A DNA stretch of 64,000 nucleotides, taken from positions 133,798,001-133,862,000 of the forward strand of contig NC_086097.1 in assembly GCF_963921235.1 (NCBI RefSeq), read 5' to 3'. The notes under the pieces were generated by a model, which was not told where the DNA came from, did not search any database, and worked only from the letters and a program-made list of their open reading frames with translations. The translations under genes were made by a program, and so were the position numbers. The DNA comes from Mobula hypostoma (taxonomy: Eukaryota). Of this stretch, positions 13,345 to 24,454 are shown in pieces; the stretch's first letter is position 1; each line of letters begins with the position of its first letter.

Positions 13345-14086
13345 ATCAGGTTTACTATCACTGGCATATGTTGCAATATTTTTTTGTTATGTGGCAGCAG
13401 TACATTGCAATGCATAATAAAAACTGAATTACAGTAAGATATACAGGTATGTGTGTATATATGTGTGTGTGTATATATATAATATATAGTGCACAAAAAT
13501 GTTTTGAGGTAGTGTTCATATGTTCAATGTCCATTCAGAAATCTGATGGCAGAAGGGAAGAAGCTGTTACTGAATCTTTGAGTGTGTGCCTTCAGGCTCC
13601 TGTACTTCCTTCCTGATGGTAGTAATGAGAAGAGGACATATGTTGGGTGATGAGTTTCCTTAATGATGGATGCTGCCTTTTTGAAGCTCCCTGAAGAAGT
13701 CTTGGATGCTGGGGAGGCTGGTGCTCATAATGGTGCTGATTGAGTTTGCAACTTTCTGCAACTTGTATCGATCCTGTGCAGTGCCCCCCACCCCGTACCA
13801 GACAGTGATGCAGTCAGTTAGAATGCTCTCCATGGTACATCTATAGAAATTTGTGAGTATCTTTGGTGACATAGCAAATCTTCTCAAACTCCTAATGAAA
13901 TATAGCCCCTATCAAGCCTTCTTTGTAATTCCATTGATATGTTGGATTCAGGATAGATCCTCAGAGATGTTGACACCCAGGAACTTGAAATTGCTCACTT
14001 TTTCCACTTCTGATCCTTGCATGAGGATTGCTATGTGTTCCCTTGTCTTACCTTTTCTGAAGTCCACAATCAATTTGTTGGTCCTG
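13345..14086 (-). mobile_element. Rex1/Babar LINE 3' fragment containing a (TG/TA)n microsatellite at 13448-13488
   Basis: RRFAMSPKILTNFYRCTMESILTDCITVWYG. Confidence 0.85.
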
Positions 14087-14429
14087 CAAACTCCACACAA
14101 ACAGGTCCAGAGCTCAGGATTGAACATGGGTCACTGGAGCTGAGGGGCAGTGGGTCCACAAGCTGCACCACTGTAACGTCCAAATCTTCAAGAAACTTAA
14201 GAATGTTTTTTTTTCTTTTACAAACATTTCATTTTTTCATTTATGTTCTACTAAGTGCACTAATATCACTTCCAAAATAATAGATTATATCATTTTCCTG
14301 ACAATTGATGTTAGGCTGACTGGTCTAAGGTTCCCTATTTCCTCTTCTCCTCTGTTATTGAATAGTACTGTTACCTTCCAGTTTATTGGAACATGTCCTA
14401 AATTTTGTATATTTTGCAATATGCAATTT

Positions 14430-14812
14430 AAATGCCGGCTCAGATAGTCTGGGGATCCTCTCTCCACGATGCTCCCGGCTACTGTGCTTCATGTCTGCGA
14501 ACTATGCGGCGACCTGCCCCATCAATATGATGAACTAAATACCAAGGCTTTGGGTCTAATCCGAGCAACTCCAGGGATTTGGACCTAAGTATTCAATTTG
14601 GTTCGGAATGCTGTTGTTGTTGCTCACTTCTATTGTTTGCATGATTCAGTTTTTTTTCTTTCTCTGTGGGCACTAGGAGATTGGTCTTTTTTTTATTGGG
14701 TTCTTTTGGGTTTCTTGCTTTGCAACTGCTTGTTAAGCAAACAAATCTCAAGGTTGTAGAATTTATATATTCTTGGATAATAAATGCACTTTGAATCTTC
14801 AAATCTTTGAAT
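14430..14812 (+). mobile_element. Non-coding retroposon 3' fragment inserted in a decayed CR1
   Basis: CpG-richer 5' part, T-rich body, AATAAA plus a (CTTTGAAT)-like tail; interrupts minus-strand CR1 debris at 14280-14425. Confidence 0.45.
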
Positions 14813-16220
14813 GTGCCTCGTTTTGAATCCCAGGATGCTATCACAAAATAATTTGTCAATGTTTAGCAGCACTAGTTTCCCAGATGCTTTTCCCCTTGTG
14901 ATATCATTTCAGTCTTTCATTCTTGTTTGCCTCTTCATTGCCTACTATTTTTGATGTGCTTTCAGCCGAACTCGATCTAGAAAAATATTCTATATTCCAC
15001 CTTGTTATCAATATTAGACTTTCCAATTTCGGGTAACTCAACCTTCCTGTCTCCCTATCCAACTCCTACTGTTCACCTAGGTTTTCTTTTCTTTGGTTCA
15101 CCATTTCCTCAACAATGTCCATTCCTATACATAGATTTATTATCTTCTTGCATCTATTTCTATCCGACCACCATACCTCTCTTATCTGGCTCCACCTATC
15201 TCATTCCAGTCTCTAACATCCTCCTCTACTCCCCACACCTGGCTTCACTGGCCCTTTTTTTTTAATCTTTCTTATCTGTTTCCACTGATCATGCACTAGC
15301 CTCTATCCTTAATTTCCACCCAGGTCTTTCTCCTAGGTTTTCTATCAGTCTGTCTGTCAACTTCAGCTAGTTCCAACTATCCCTTACCTATCTTTACCTG
15401 TTGACTGTCCCTTTCCCTTCTTCCCTGCATCAACGCTGCTTGACCTGCTGAGTTCCTCCAGCTATTTGTATTTGCTCCAGATCATACCATCCGCAGTTTC
15501 TTGTCTCCACAAATACACCATGGTTGCTCAATATCTCTCCCATTTCCTTATTCTGCATTATTTCAGAAGGACCAACAATTAATTATGTTCCTCTCCTTCT
15601 CTTCATATATTCCTACAGCCCTTAAAGCCCTGTTAATTTATACTATATTCTATATTTTCAATGTTTACTATGGTTTCAATAATTTCAGCTGATTTCTAAA
15701 ATTCTGCTGATTCTCAAATACACTACCATCCTTTGCAATTTTGTAAGCTATTCCTTTCAGTTTTACACTGTTCCTAACTTCTGATGGATTACTCTTCTCA
15801 AAGAAGCTGATTTCTCAATGAAATTGAAAATTGGGAAGGATGCCTCTAAGTGTTATCTGTCAGCATCAGCTGAGGGAGGATTGAATAGTTTTCTTTACAA
15901 GTATCATGAGACTTGAAGGAGTGGAATCAAAGTTGTGGGTACCCAGGTACATTCCCAGTAAGTCTATCATGCAGATCAGCCTCCCCTCTATTGACTGTCT
16001 ACACTTCCTGCTGCCTTGGGAAAGCTGCCAACACATAGTAATCAATGACTAATCCCAGCTATGGTCATCTCCACACTTGTTGGGCAAGATGTGTAAAGGC
16101 ATGAGAGCACATATTGCTAAACTTAAGGACAGCTTCTATCCCACTGTTATTAGTCTCTCAACTGGAACTCTCATGCTCTGAAAGCTGAACTTTTGAACTC
16201 TTGATCTCCTAATATACCTT

Positions 16221-17125
16221 ATGCTGGAGGAACTCAGCAGGTCAGGCAACAAATATGGAAATGTCTATGTCTCAGGCTGAGACCCTTCTTTAGGACTGGA
16301 AAGGTCGGGTTCACTTCCTTTCCAGACCGGAAAGGAAAATAAGGACATGGAAATAAGAGGGTCCACTTACCTACCAGCCCATGAGCCTTTGCATCCACTG
16401 TCTCCAAAAGGATCCTACCACCAAACATATCTTTACCTCACCCAACCCCACCACTCTGCTTTCTGCAGGGATCGCTCTCTCCATGATTCCCTTGCCCATT
16501 CGTCCCTCCCCACTAATCTCCTTCCCAGTACTTACCCCAGCAAGCGGCCAAAGTGCTGCACCTGCCCATTCACCTTCTCACTCACCTCCATTCAGGGCCC
16601 TAATCAGTCCTTCAAGGTGAGGCAACACTGCACCTGCGAATCTGCTGCAGTTGTCTGTTGTGTCCGGTGTTTCGGATGCAGCTTCCTCTACATTGGTGAG
16701 ACCCATCATTAACTGGGGGACCACTTTGTTAAGCACCTCTGCTCCATTTGCCAAAAAAATGGAAATTTCTTGTGGCCAAACATTTTAATTCTGATTCCCA
16801 TTCCCATACCGCTCAGAATTATGAGGAGTATAGATAGGGTTAATGCAGCAGGCTTTTCCCACTGAGGTTGGGCAGGATAACAACTAGAGCTCATGGGTAA
16901 GGGTGAAAGGTGAAAAGTTCAAGGAGAAAGTGAGGGGAAACTTCTTCACTCAGAGGGACATGAGAGTTTATTTTTGACATCTTCGCCCTTACTTTCCAAT
17001 CCTGAAGAAGGGTGTGAAACATCAAATGTTTATCCATTTCCATAGATGCTGCCTAACTTGCTAAGTTGCTCGAGCATTTTGTGTATGTTGCTTTGGATTT
17101 CAAGCACCTGCAGAATTTCTCGTGT
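16221..17125 (+). mobile_element. Older Penelope-like element with an inverted 5' pLTR arm (16221-16304) and an internal CR1 patch (16816-16966)
   Basis: Cys-rich linker and GIY-YIG (CTCESAAVVCCVRC..LYIGET); pLTR in opposite orientations at the two ends. Confidence 0.8.
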
Positions 17126-17419
17126 TCCCAATATACCCTATTGCCTACCTGCTCTGTACTTTCTCTGTAAGTGTAACACTACATTCTGCATTCCATTTTC
17201 TTCTTACTACTTCAATGTAATTTTGTTTGCATGGCATACAAACAAAAGCTTTTCACTACATCTTGGAGCATGTAATACAGGAGGATTGGAGGATAGCTAA
17301 TGTTGTTCCGCTGTTTAAGAAAGGCTCTAAAAATAAACCAGGAAAGTATAGGCCAATGAGCCTAACATCAGTAGTGGTAAAGTTATTGGAAGGTACTCAA
17401 AGGGACTGGGTATATGGGT

Positions 17420-18455
17420 TCCCGCCACCCCACTAGGAATAGGGTTCCCCTGGTCCTCACCTACCACCCTACCAGCATCCGGGTCCAACATATTATTCTC
17501 CGTAACTTCCGCCACCTCCAACAGGATCCCACAACTAAGCACATCTTTCCCTCCCCCCCCCCCCCGGCTTTCCGCAGGGATCACTCCCTACGCGACTCCC
17601 TTGTCCATTCGTCCCCCCCATCCCTCCCCACCCCCACTGATCTCCCTCCTGGCACTTATCCTTGTAAGCAGAACAAGTGCTACACATGCCCTTACACTTC
17701 CTCCCTTACCACCATTCAGGGCCCCAAACAGTCCTTCCAGGTGAGGTGACACTTCACCTGTGAGTCGGCTGGGGTGATGTACTGTGTCCGGTGCTCCCGA
17801 TGTGGCCTTTTATATATTGGTGAGACCCGATGCAGACTGGGAAACAGCTTTGCTGAACACCTACGCTCTGTCCGCCAGAGAAAGCAGGATCTCCCAGTGG
17901 CCACACATTTTAATTCCACATCCCATTCCCATTCTGTCATGTCTATCCACGGCCTCCTCTACTGTAAAGATGAAGCCACACTCAGGTTGGAGGAACAACA
18001 CCTTATATTCCGTCTGGGTAGCCTCCAACCTGATGGCATAAACATCGACTTCTCTAACTTCCGCTAATGCCCCACCTCCCCCTCGTACCCCATCTGTTAT
18101 TTATTTTTATACACACCTTCTTTCTCTCACTCTCCTTTTTCTCCCTCTGTCCCTCTGACTATACCCCTTGCCCATCCTCTGGGTTCCCCCCCCTTGTCTT
18201 TCTTCCCAGACTTCCTGTCCCATGATCCTCTCGTATCCTTTTTGCCAGTCACCTGTCCAGCTCTTGGCTCCATCCCTCCCCCTCCTGTCTTTTTCTATCA
18301 TTTTGGATCTCCACCTCCCCCTCCAACTTTCAAATCTCTTACTCACTCTTAGTTAGTCCTGACGAAGGGATCTCGGCCTGAAACGTCGACTGTACCTCTT
18401 CCTAGAGATGCTGCCTGGCCTGCTGCGTTCACCAGCAACTTTGATGTGTGTTGGT
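17420..18455 (+). mobile_element. Penelope-like element, 5'-truncated (linker, GIY-YIG endonuclease, pLTR)
   Basis: CKQNKCYTC, YCVRCSRCGLLYIGET..RL..EH; perfect 13-bp TSD TGGGTATATGGGT at 17407-17419 and 18456-18468. Confidence 0.95.
18355..18391 (+). ncRNA. Minimal type I hammerhead ribozyme in PLE pLTR
   Basis: AGTC CTGACGA AGGG atctcgg CCT GAAA CG TC GACT. Confidence 0.85.
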
Positions 18456-19171
18456 TGGGTATATGGGTATTTGGATACACATGGACTGATTAGGGATAGT
18501 CAGCATGGTTTTGTGCATGTCTAACCAATCTTACAGTTTCTGAAGGAAGTTACCAGCAAAGTGGATGAAGGCAAGGCAATGGATGTTGTCTACATGGACT
18601 TTAGTAAGGCACTTGATAAGGTCCCACATGGGATACTGGTCATGAAGGTTCAGTCACTCGGCATTCAGGACAAGATAGTAAATTGGATTAGACATTGGCT
18701 TTGTGGGAGGAGCCAGAGAGTGATAATAGATAGCTGCCTCTGACTGGAGGCCTATATCTGGTGGTGTGCCTCAGGGATCAATGCTGGGTACATTGTTGTT
18801 TGTCATCTATATCAATGGTCTGGATGATAATGTGGTAAACTGGATCAGCAAATTTGCAGACGTCTCCAAGACTGGGGGTGTAGTGGACAGCGAGGAGTAT
18901 CGGTGCTTTCAGCAGGATCTGGACCGGATGGAAAAATGGGCTGAAAAAGGGCAAATGAAATTTAATGCAGATAGATACAAGGTGCTGCACTTCAGCAGGA
19001 CCAACGAGGGTATGTCTTACACAGTGAACAGTAGGGCACTGAGGAGTGTGGTAGAACAAAAGGACCCAGGAATACAGGTCCATGATTCATTGAAAGTGGT
19101 AGTATGAATAGATAGGGTCATAAATAATGCTGTTGGTATATTGGTCTCCATAAATCAAGGTATTAAGTACA

Positions 19172-19274
19172 AGAAACACACCTAAAAGTTGCTGGTGAAC
19201 GCAGCAGGCCAGGCAGCATCTCTAGGAAGAGGTGCAGTCGACGTTTCAGGCCGAGACCCTTCTAAAAAGACTGC
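19172..19274 (-). mobile_element. ~100-bp PLE pLTR-only insertion
   Basis: pLTR 3' end truncated inside the hammerhead core at 19262; 11-bp TSD TATTAAGTACA at 19161-19171 and 19275-19285. Confidence 0.85.
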
Positions 19275-19715
19275 TATTAAGTACAGGAGATGGGATGTAA
19301 TGTTGAGGTTGTACAAGATGTTGGTGGGGCCTAATATGAAGTATTGTGTGCAGTTTTGGTCACTGAACTACAGGGAAGATGTAAATAAAACTGAAAGGAT
19401 TTACATGAATGCTGCTGGGAATGGGGAACCTGAGCTTTAAGGAAAGATTGGACGGGTGGGGACTTTATACCTTGGAACGTAGAAGACTGAGGACGTTTGA
19501 CAGAGGTATACAAAATTATAAGGGGTATAATGCAAGCAGGCTTTTTCCACCGACTACAACTAGAGATCATGGGTAAGGGTGGAAGGTGAAAACTTTAAGG
19601 GGAATATGAGGGGAAACCTCTTCACTCAGAGGGACATGAGAATGTGAAACGAGCTGCCAGCATTAGTGGTGCATGTGAGCTCAATTTCAATGTTGAAGAG
19701 AAGTTTGGATAGGTA

Positions 19716-21324
19716 CAATGGCATGCAAATGTTTGGGCACCCCAGTCAAAATTTTTGTTACTGTGAATAGCTAAGTGAGTAAAAGATGACCTGATTTCCA
19801 AAAGGCATAAAGTTAAAGATGACACATTTCTTTAATATTATAAGCAAGAAAACTTTTTTATTTCCATCTTTTACAGTTTCAAAATAACAAAAAAGGAAAA
19901 GGGCCCAAAGCAAAGGTTTGGGCACACTGTATGGTCAGTATTTAGTAATACCCCCTTTGGCAAGTATCACAGCTTGTAAACGCTTTTTGTAGCGAGCTAA
20001 AAGTCTTTCAATTCTTCTTTGGGGGATTTTTGCCCAATCTTCCTTGCAAAAGGCTTCTAGTTCTGTGAGATTCTTGGGCCGTCTTGCATGCACTGCTCTT
20101 TTGAGGTCTATCCACAGATTTTCGATGATGTTTAGGTCGAGGGACTGTGAGGGCCATGGCAAAACCTTCAGCTTGCACCTCTTGAGGTAGTCCATTGTGG
20201 ATTTTGAGGTGTGTTTAGGATCATAATCCTGTTGTAGAAGCCATCCTCTTTTCATCTTCAGCTTTTTTACAGATGGTGTGATGTTTGCTTCTAGAATTTG
20301 CTGGTATTTAATTGAATTCATTCTTCCCTCTACCAGTGAAATGTTCCCTGTGCCACTGGCTGCAACACAAGCCCAAAGCATGATCGATCCACCCCTGTGC
20401 TTAACAGTTGGAGAGGTGTTCTTTTCATGAAATTCTGCACCCTTTTTTCTCCAAACATACCTTTGCTCATTGCTGCCAATAAGTTCTATTTTAACTTCAT
20501 CAGTCCACAGGACTTATTTTCAAAATGCATCAGCCTTGTTTAGATGTTCCTGTTAGACTTCTGACACTGAATTTTGTGGTAAGGATGCAGGAAAGTTTTT
20601 CTTCTGATGACTGTTCATGAAGATTATACTTATGCAGGTGTCGCTGCACAGTAGAACAGTGCACCACCACTCCAGAGTCTGCTAAATCTTCCTGAAGGTT
20701 TTTTGCAGTCAAATGGGGATTGGTTTGCCTTTCTAGCAATCCTACAAGCAATTCTCTCAAAGTTTTCTTGGTCTTCCAGACCTCAGCTTGACCGCCACCA
20801 TTCCTGTTAACTGCCATTTCTTAATTACATTATGAACTGAGGAAACGGCTACCTGAAAATGTTTTGCTATCTTTTTGTATCCTTCTCCTGCTTTGTGGGC
20901 ATCAATTATTTTAATATTTAGATTACTAGGCAGCTACTTAGAGGAGCCCATGGCTGCTGATTGTTGGGACAAGGTTTGAGGAGTCAGGGTATTTATAAAG
21001 CTTGGAAATTTGCATCACCTGGCCTTTCCTAACAATGGCTGTGAACAAGCCATGGCACTAACAAGCTGATTAAGGTCTGAGACCTTGGTAAAAGTTATGA
21101 GAGCTCAAATCTCTTCGAGTGCCCAAACGTTTGCATGGTGCTCCTTTCCTTTTTATCACTCTAAAATTGTACAAAAAAAATACACTAATCTTGCTTAAAA
21201 TGTTAAAAAGAATGTTTCATGTTTAGCTTTATGACTTTTGGAGATCAGTTCATCTTCTACTCACTTAACTATTCACAGTAACAGAAATTTTGACCAGGGG
21301 TGCCCAAACTTTTGCATGCCACAG
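19716..21324 (-). mobile_element. Full-length Tc1/mariner DNA transposon, IR/DR type, with a DD34E transposase pseudogene
   Basis: TA TSD at 19714-15 and 21325-26. ~210-bp inverted repeats (19716-19925, 21119-21324) with GCAAA.GTTTGGGCAC direct repeats at both ends. Transposase ATG 20951 to stop 19935 with WTDE, QQDYDPKH and SLDLNIIENLW (34-aa D-E spacing); stops and frameshifts present. Confidence 0.95.
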
Positions 21325-21619
21325 TACATGGATGGCAGGGGTATGGAGGGTTATGGTCTGGGTGCAGGTCGATGAGCGTAGGCAGTTTAAATAGCTTGGC
21401 AGAAACTAGATGGGCCAAACAGCCTGTTTCTGTGCTGTACTTTTCTATGACTCTAAATCTACCTGAACAGGACACTTTTGGTACTTTTCTAAGCATACCT
21501 CACCCTTGAGCAGGGTATCCTAGCCATCACTCTTCAGTTCCTGTGAGCCATTGGGCACAGAGGGCGGATTAAACATTCTAAAGAATCTACACTGTACTTG
21601 AAGTACTATGTAGAGTGCT

Positions 21620-22000
21620 GATCTTCCTGTTAAGGGAAAGATGTGGTTAAATTGGAAAGAGTGCAGAAAAGATTTATGAGGATCCTGACAGAATTAGAGG
21701 GCCTGAACTACAGGGAGAGATTGGTCTTTATTCCTTGGGACGTAGGAGAATGAGGGCCAATTTTTTAGAAGAGTTAAAAAATTATGAGAGGCATAGATAA
21801 TGTGGATGGTAACAGTCTCTTCCCTAAGGAAAGGGAGTCTAAAACTATGGAGCACAGATTCATGGCGAGAGGGGAAAGATTTAAAAGAGAACAGAGTGGT
21901 AACTTTTTCCACCTAGAGGGTGGTGATTATATGGAATGAGCTGCCAGAGGAAGTGGTACATTGGTAACATTTAAGAAATACTTGGATAGATATATCCATT
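21620..22000 (+). mobile_element. Degenerate CR1 3' fragment
   Basis: Diverged ORF2 C-terminal sequence. Confidence 0.65.
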
Positions 22001-22049
22001 TAGGAAAACAATTGCGCATCAACCATTCAACTGTGGGTCTGAAACTTGA

Positions 22050-22250
22050 TTGTTGTTTCTTTTCACGCCTTGTGGTGCATTGGACAGCATTTTTGCCGTT
22101 TCCGTAGTATTTGACTGTTTTTACGAGGCTGAGTTGCCAGCTTGACGCTCAACTCAGCATAGATGGAAAGCATTCAGGGAGATGGCCGGATTCGGATTCA
22201 GGACCATTCACCTCGAAGTCTGATGCTGATGCCACTGCACCACCAGCCAG
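22050..22250 (-). mobile_element. tRNA-derived SINE
   Basis: Antisense tRNA-like head with A/B-box-like segments at 22185-22245. Confidence 0.45.
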
Positions 22251-22580
22251 CGAGATCTGAAACTTATTGGTCAGAAAATCTCTTCTCCCAAGAGAATTGG
22301 TGAATCAGATGAATTTTAAATCGATCTAAATATTTTTACATTCACCATTATTGATACTATATTTTTTATTTCAGATTTTTTCAGTTGGTGAGCAGTCATT
22401 GTCATCGATGCATCAAGTCGTAAGTTGGAAATGGGCCCTATGACTGTCACCAGTTAATCCATAACTCCAAATGAAAATTAATTAATTGATTTTGAGTAAA
22501 CTGCCCATTTCAAGGACAGAAGAAACAGAAGCTAAAACAACTTCTCGCAGTAATAGCAGGGTCACTTGTCAGTGAGTGAA

Positions 22581-23020
22581 GCAAATAAAAATCTGTGAGG
22601 AAATCAGCAGGTCAGGTTGGTAGCAGCTATGAAGGGAAATGAGCAGCTGACATTTCATTCAGGGACGTTCATCAGGATGGCTTAGAAAAAGAAGAAAAGG
22701 GCAGAAGTCAGAATAAAAAGGTGGGGTGGAGGAAATAGCACAAACTGCTGGATTCTATGAGAGGGGGAAGGCTGGTGTGTGGTAGGTTAGTGAAAGGAAA
22801 TGACATAAGAAGCTAGGTGGAGATCGACGGAAGAGGCAAATAGCTGAAGAAGAATGAATCGAATAGAAGAGGTCAGCAGACCATGAAGTAAAGGGGGAGG
22901 TCGGGTCCTGATGAAGGGTCTCAGTCCAAAATGTCATCCTATTGCCTGATTTGCTGAGTTCCTCCAGCATTTTGTAAATATTGCTTAAGATTTCCAGCAT
23001 CTGCAAAATCTCTAGTGTTT
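22581..23020. mobile_element. Old fold-back PLE remnant (inverted pLTR arms); a second smaller one at ~23110-23270
   Basis: Minus arm 22581-22900; plus arm begins at a decayed hammerhead ggtcCTGATGAagggtctcagtccaaaa (22904). Another CTGATGA-aAGGCC-att-GGCCT-GAAA at 23158-23182. Confidence 0.65.
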
Positions 23021-23421
23021 CAATGAGTGAAAGGTAAGTGAATGTGGATATGGAAATAAAACCCCACATGCAGTCGTCATGTACTGCAGTGCAGTCACCT
23101 AGTGTCATTAAAAAGCAGAAAAGACTTGAGAATATCAGTAGGTCATATCTTACCTTTCTGATGAAAGGCCATTGGCCTGAAATATTAACTTTTCTTATCT
23201 GCAGATGCTGACTGACCAATTCAATATCTCTGGCATTTTCTATTGTTACTTCAGATTTCTTGAATCTGCTTTTTTTTAAGCTTTATGGACATTTTGGTAC
23301 ATGGAGCTTAGAAAAATAAAGGGCTATGGGAAACCCTAGGTAATTTCTAAAGTAAGTGCATGTTCAGCATTGTCGGCCAAAGGGCCTGTATTGTGCTGTA
23401 GGTTTTTTATGTTTCTATTTT

Positions 23422-23976
23422 ACATAGAAACATAGAAACATAGAAAATAGGTGCAGGAGTAGGCCATTCGGCCCTTCGAGCCTGCACCGCCATTTATTAT
23501 GATCATGGCTGATCATCCAACACAGAACCCCGCTCCAGCCTTCCCTCCATACCCCCTGATCCCCGTAGCCACAAGGGCCATATCTAACTCCCTCTTAAAT
23601 ATGGCCAGTGAACTGGCCTCAACTGTTTCCTGTGGCAGAGAATTCCACAGATTCACCACTCTCTGTGTGAAGAAGTTTTTCCTAATCTCGGTCCTAAAAG
23701 GCTTCCCCTTTATCCTCAAACTGTGACCCCTTGTTCTGGACTTCCCCAAAATCGGAAACAATCTTCCTGCATCTAGCCTGTCCAATCCCTTTAGGTTTTT
23801 ATACATTTCAATCAGATCCCCCCTCAATCTTCTAAATTCCAATGAGTACAAGCCCAGTTCATCCAGTCTTTCTTCATATGAAAGTCCTGCCATCCCAGGA
23901 ATCAATCTGGTGAACCTTCTTTGTACTCCCTCTATGGCAAGGATGTCTTTCCTCAGATTAGGGGACCAAAACTGCA
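23422..23976 (-). mobile_element. Young CR1 LINE 3' fragment, same subfamily as 292-2290
   Basis: Uninterrupted ORF2 C-terminus (QFWSPNLRKDILAIEGVQRRF..) and (CATAGAAA)3 tail; abuts another CR1 tail (+, 23280-23420). Confidence 0.95.
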
Positions 23977-24454
23977 TACATTTTAATTGACAGAGGGAAT
24001 TCATTTTTTTGGATTTTGGTACCACTGATAACGTGCATACTCATTGACTATCCCTAATTGCCCCTGAGAAGGTAATGGTGAACTTCTCTCTTAAGCTGCC
24101 ACTGTTTTGCTGAATGTGTTCCTGGTGCTGGGGAAGAAATTCCAGGATTTAGGCCCGATGACGATGAAAGACAGATGGTGCATCTCCATTTGGTTTTGTG
24201 TGTGACTTAGAGAGGAACCTGGAAATGCTTTTGAACTTCCTGACACTAAAGATCATAATTTTGGGTAGTATTGATGGACTGGCCTATAGGAGTAAATGCG
24301 ATGTATTTTGCAAATGCTACACATCACAACCACTGTGTTCTAATAAAGGGAAAAAAAGCTTTATTTGTTACATAAACATCGAAATATACAGCGAGTGGCT
24401 TTATTTGCATCAACAAGGATGTGCTGGGAACAGCAGTGGATGGAATTGAATGCT

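Larger units (their letters stand above)
12800..14175 (-). mobile_element. Older V-SINE fragmented by two later insertions (pieces ~12800-12915, 13270-13345, 14086-14175)
   Basis: Antisense V domain (ggaaaccaaagcagtcagaagaaacc..gggagaa, then gcaaactccacac) and a tRNA-like head at 14110-14175. Confidence 0.55.
17275..21456 (+). mobile_element. CR1 LINE 3' half, interrupted by a PLE (17420-18455), a mini-PLE (19172-19274) and a Tc1 (19716-21324)
   Basis: RT fragments EDWRIANVVPLFKK, MDFSKALDKV, PQGS and KFAD are colinear across the insertions; tail ttctatgactcta ends ~21456. Confidence 0.88.

Noticed and set aside
14110..14175. tRNA-like sequences here and at 22185-22245 and 55375-55428
   Set aside because: They are degenerate SINE heads attached to SINE bodies, not functional tRNA genes.
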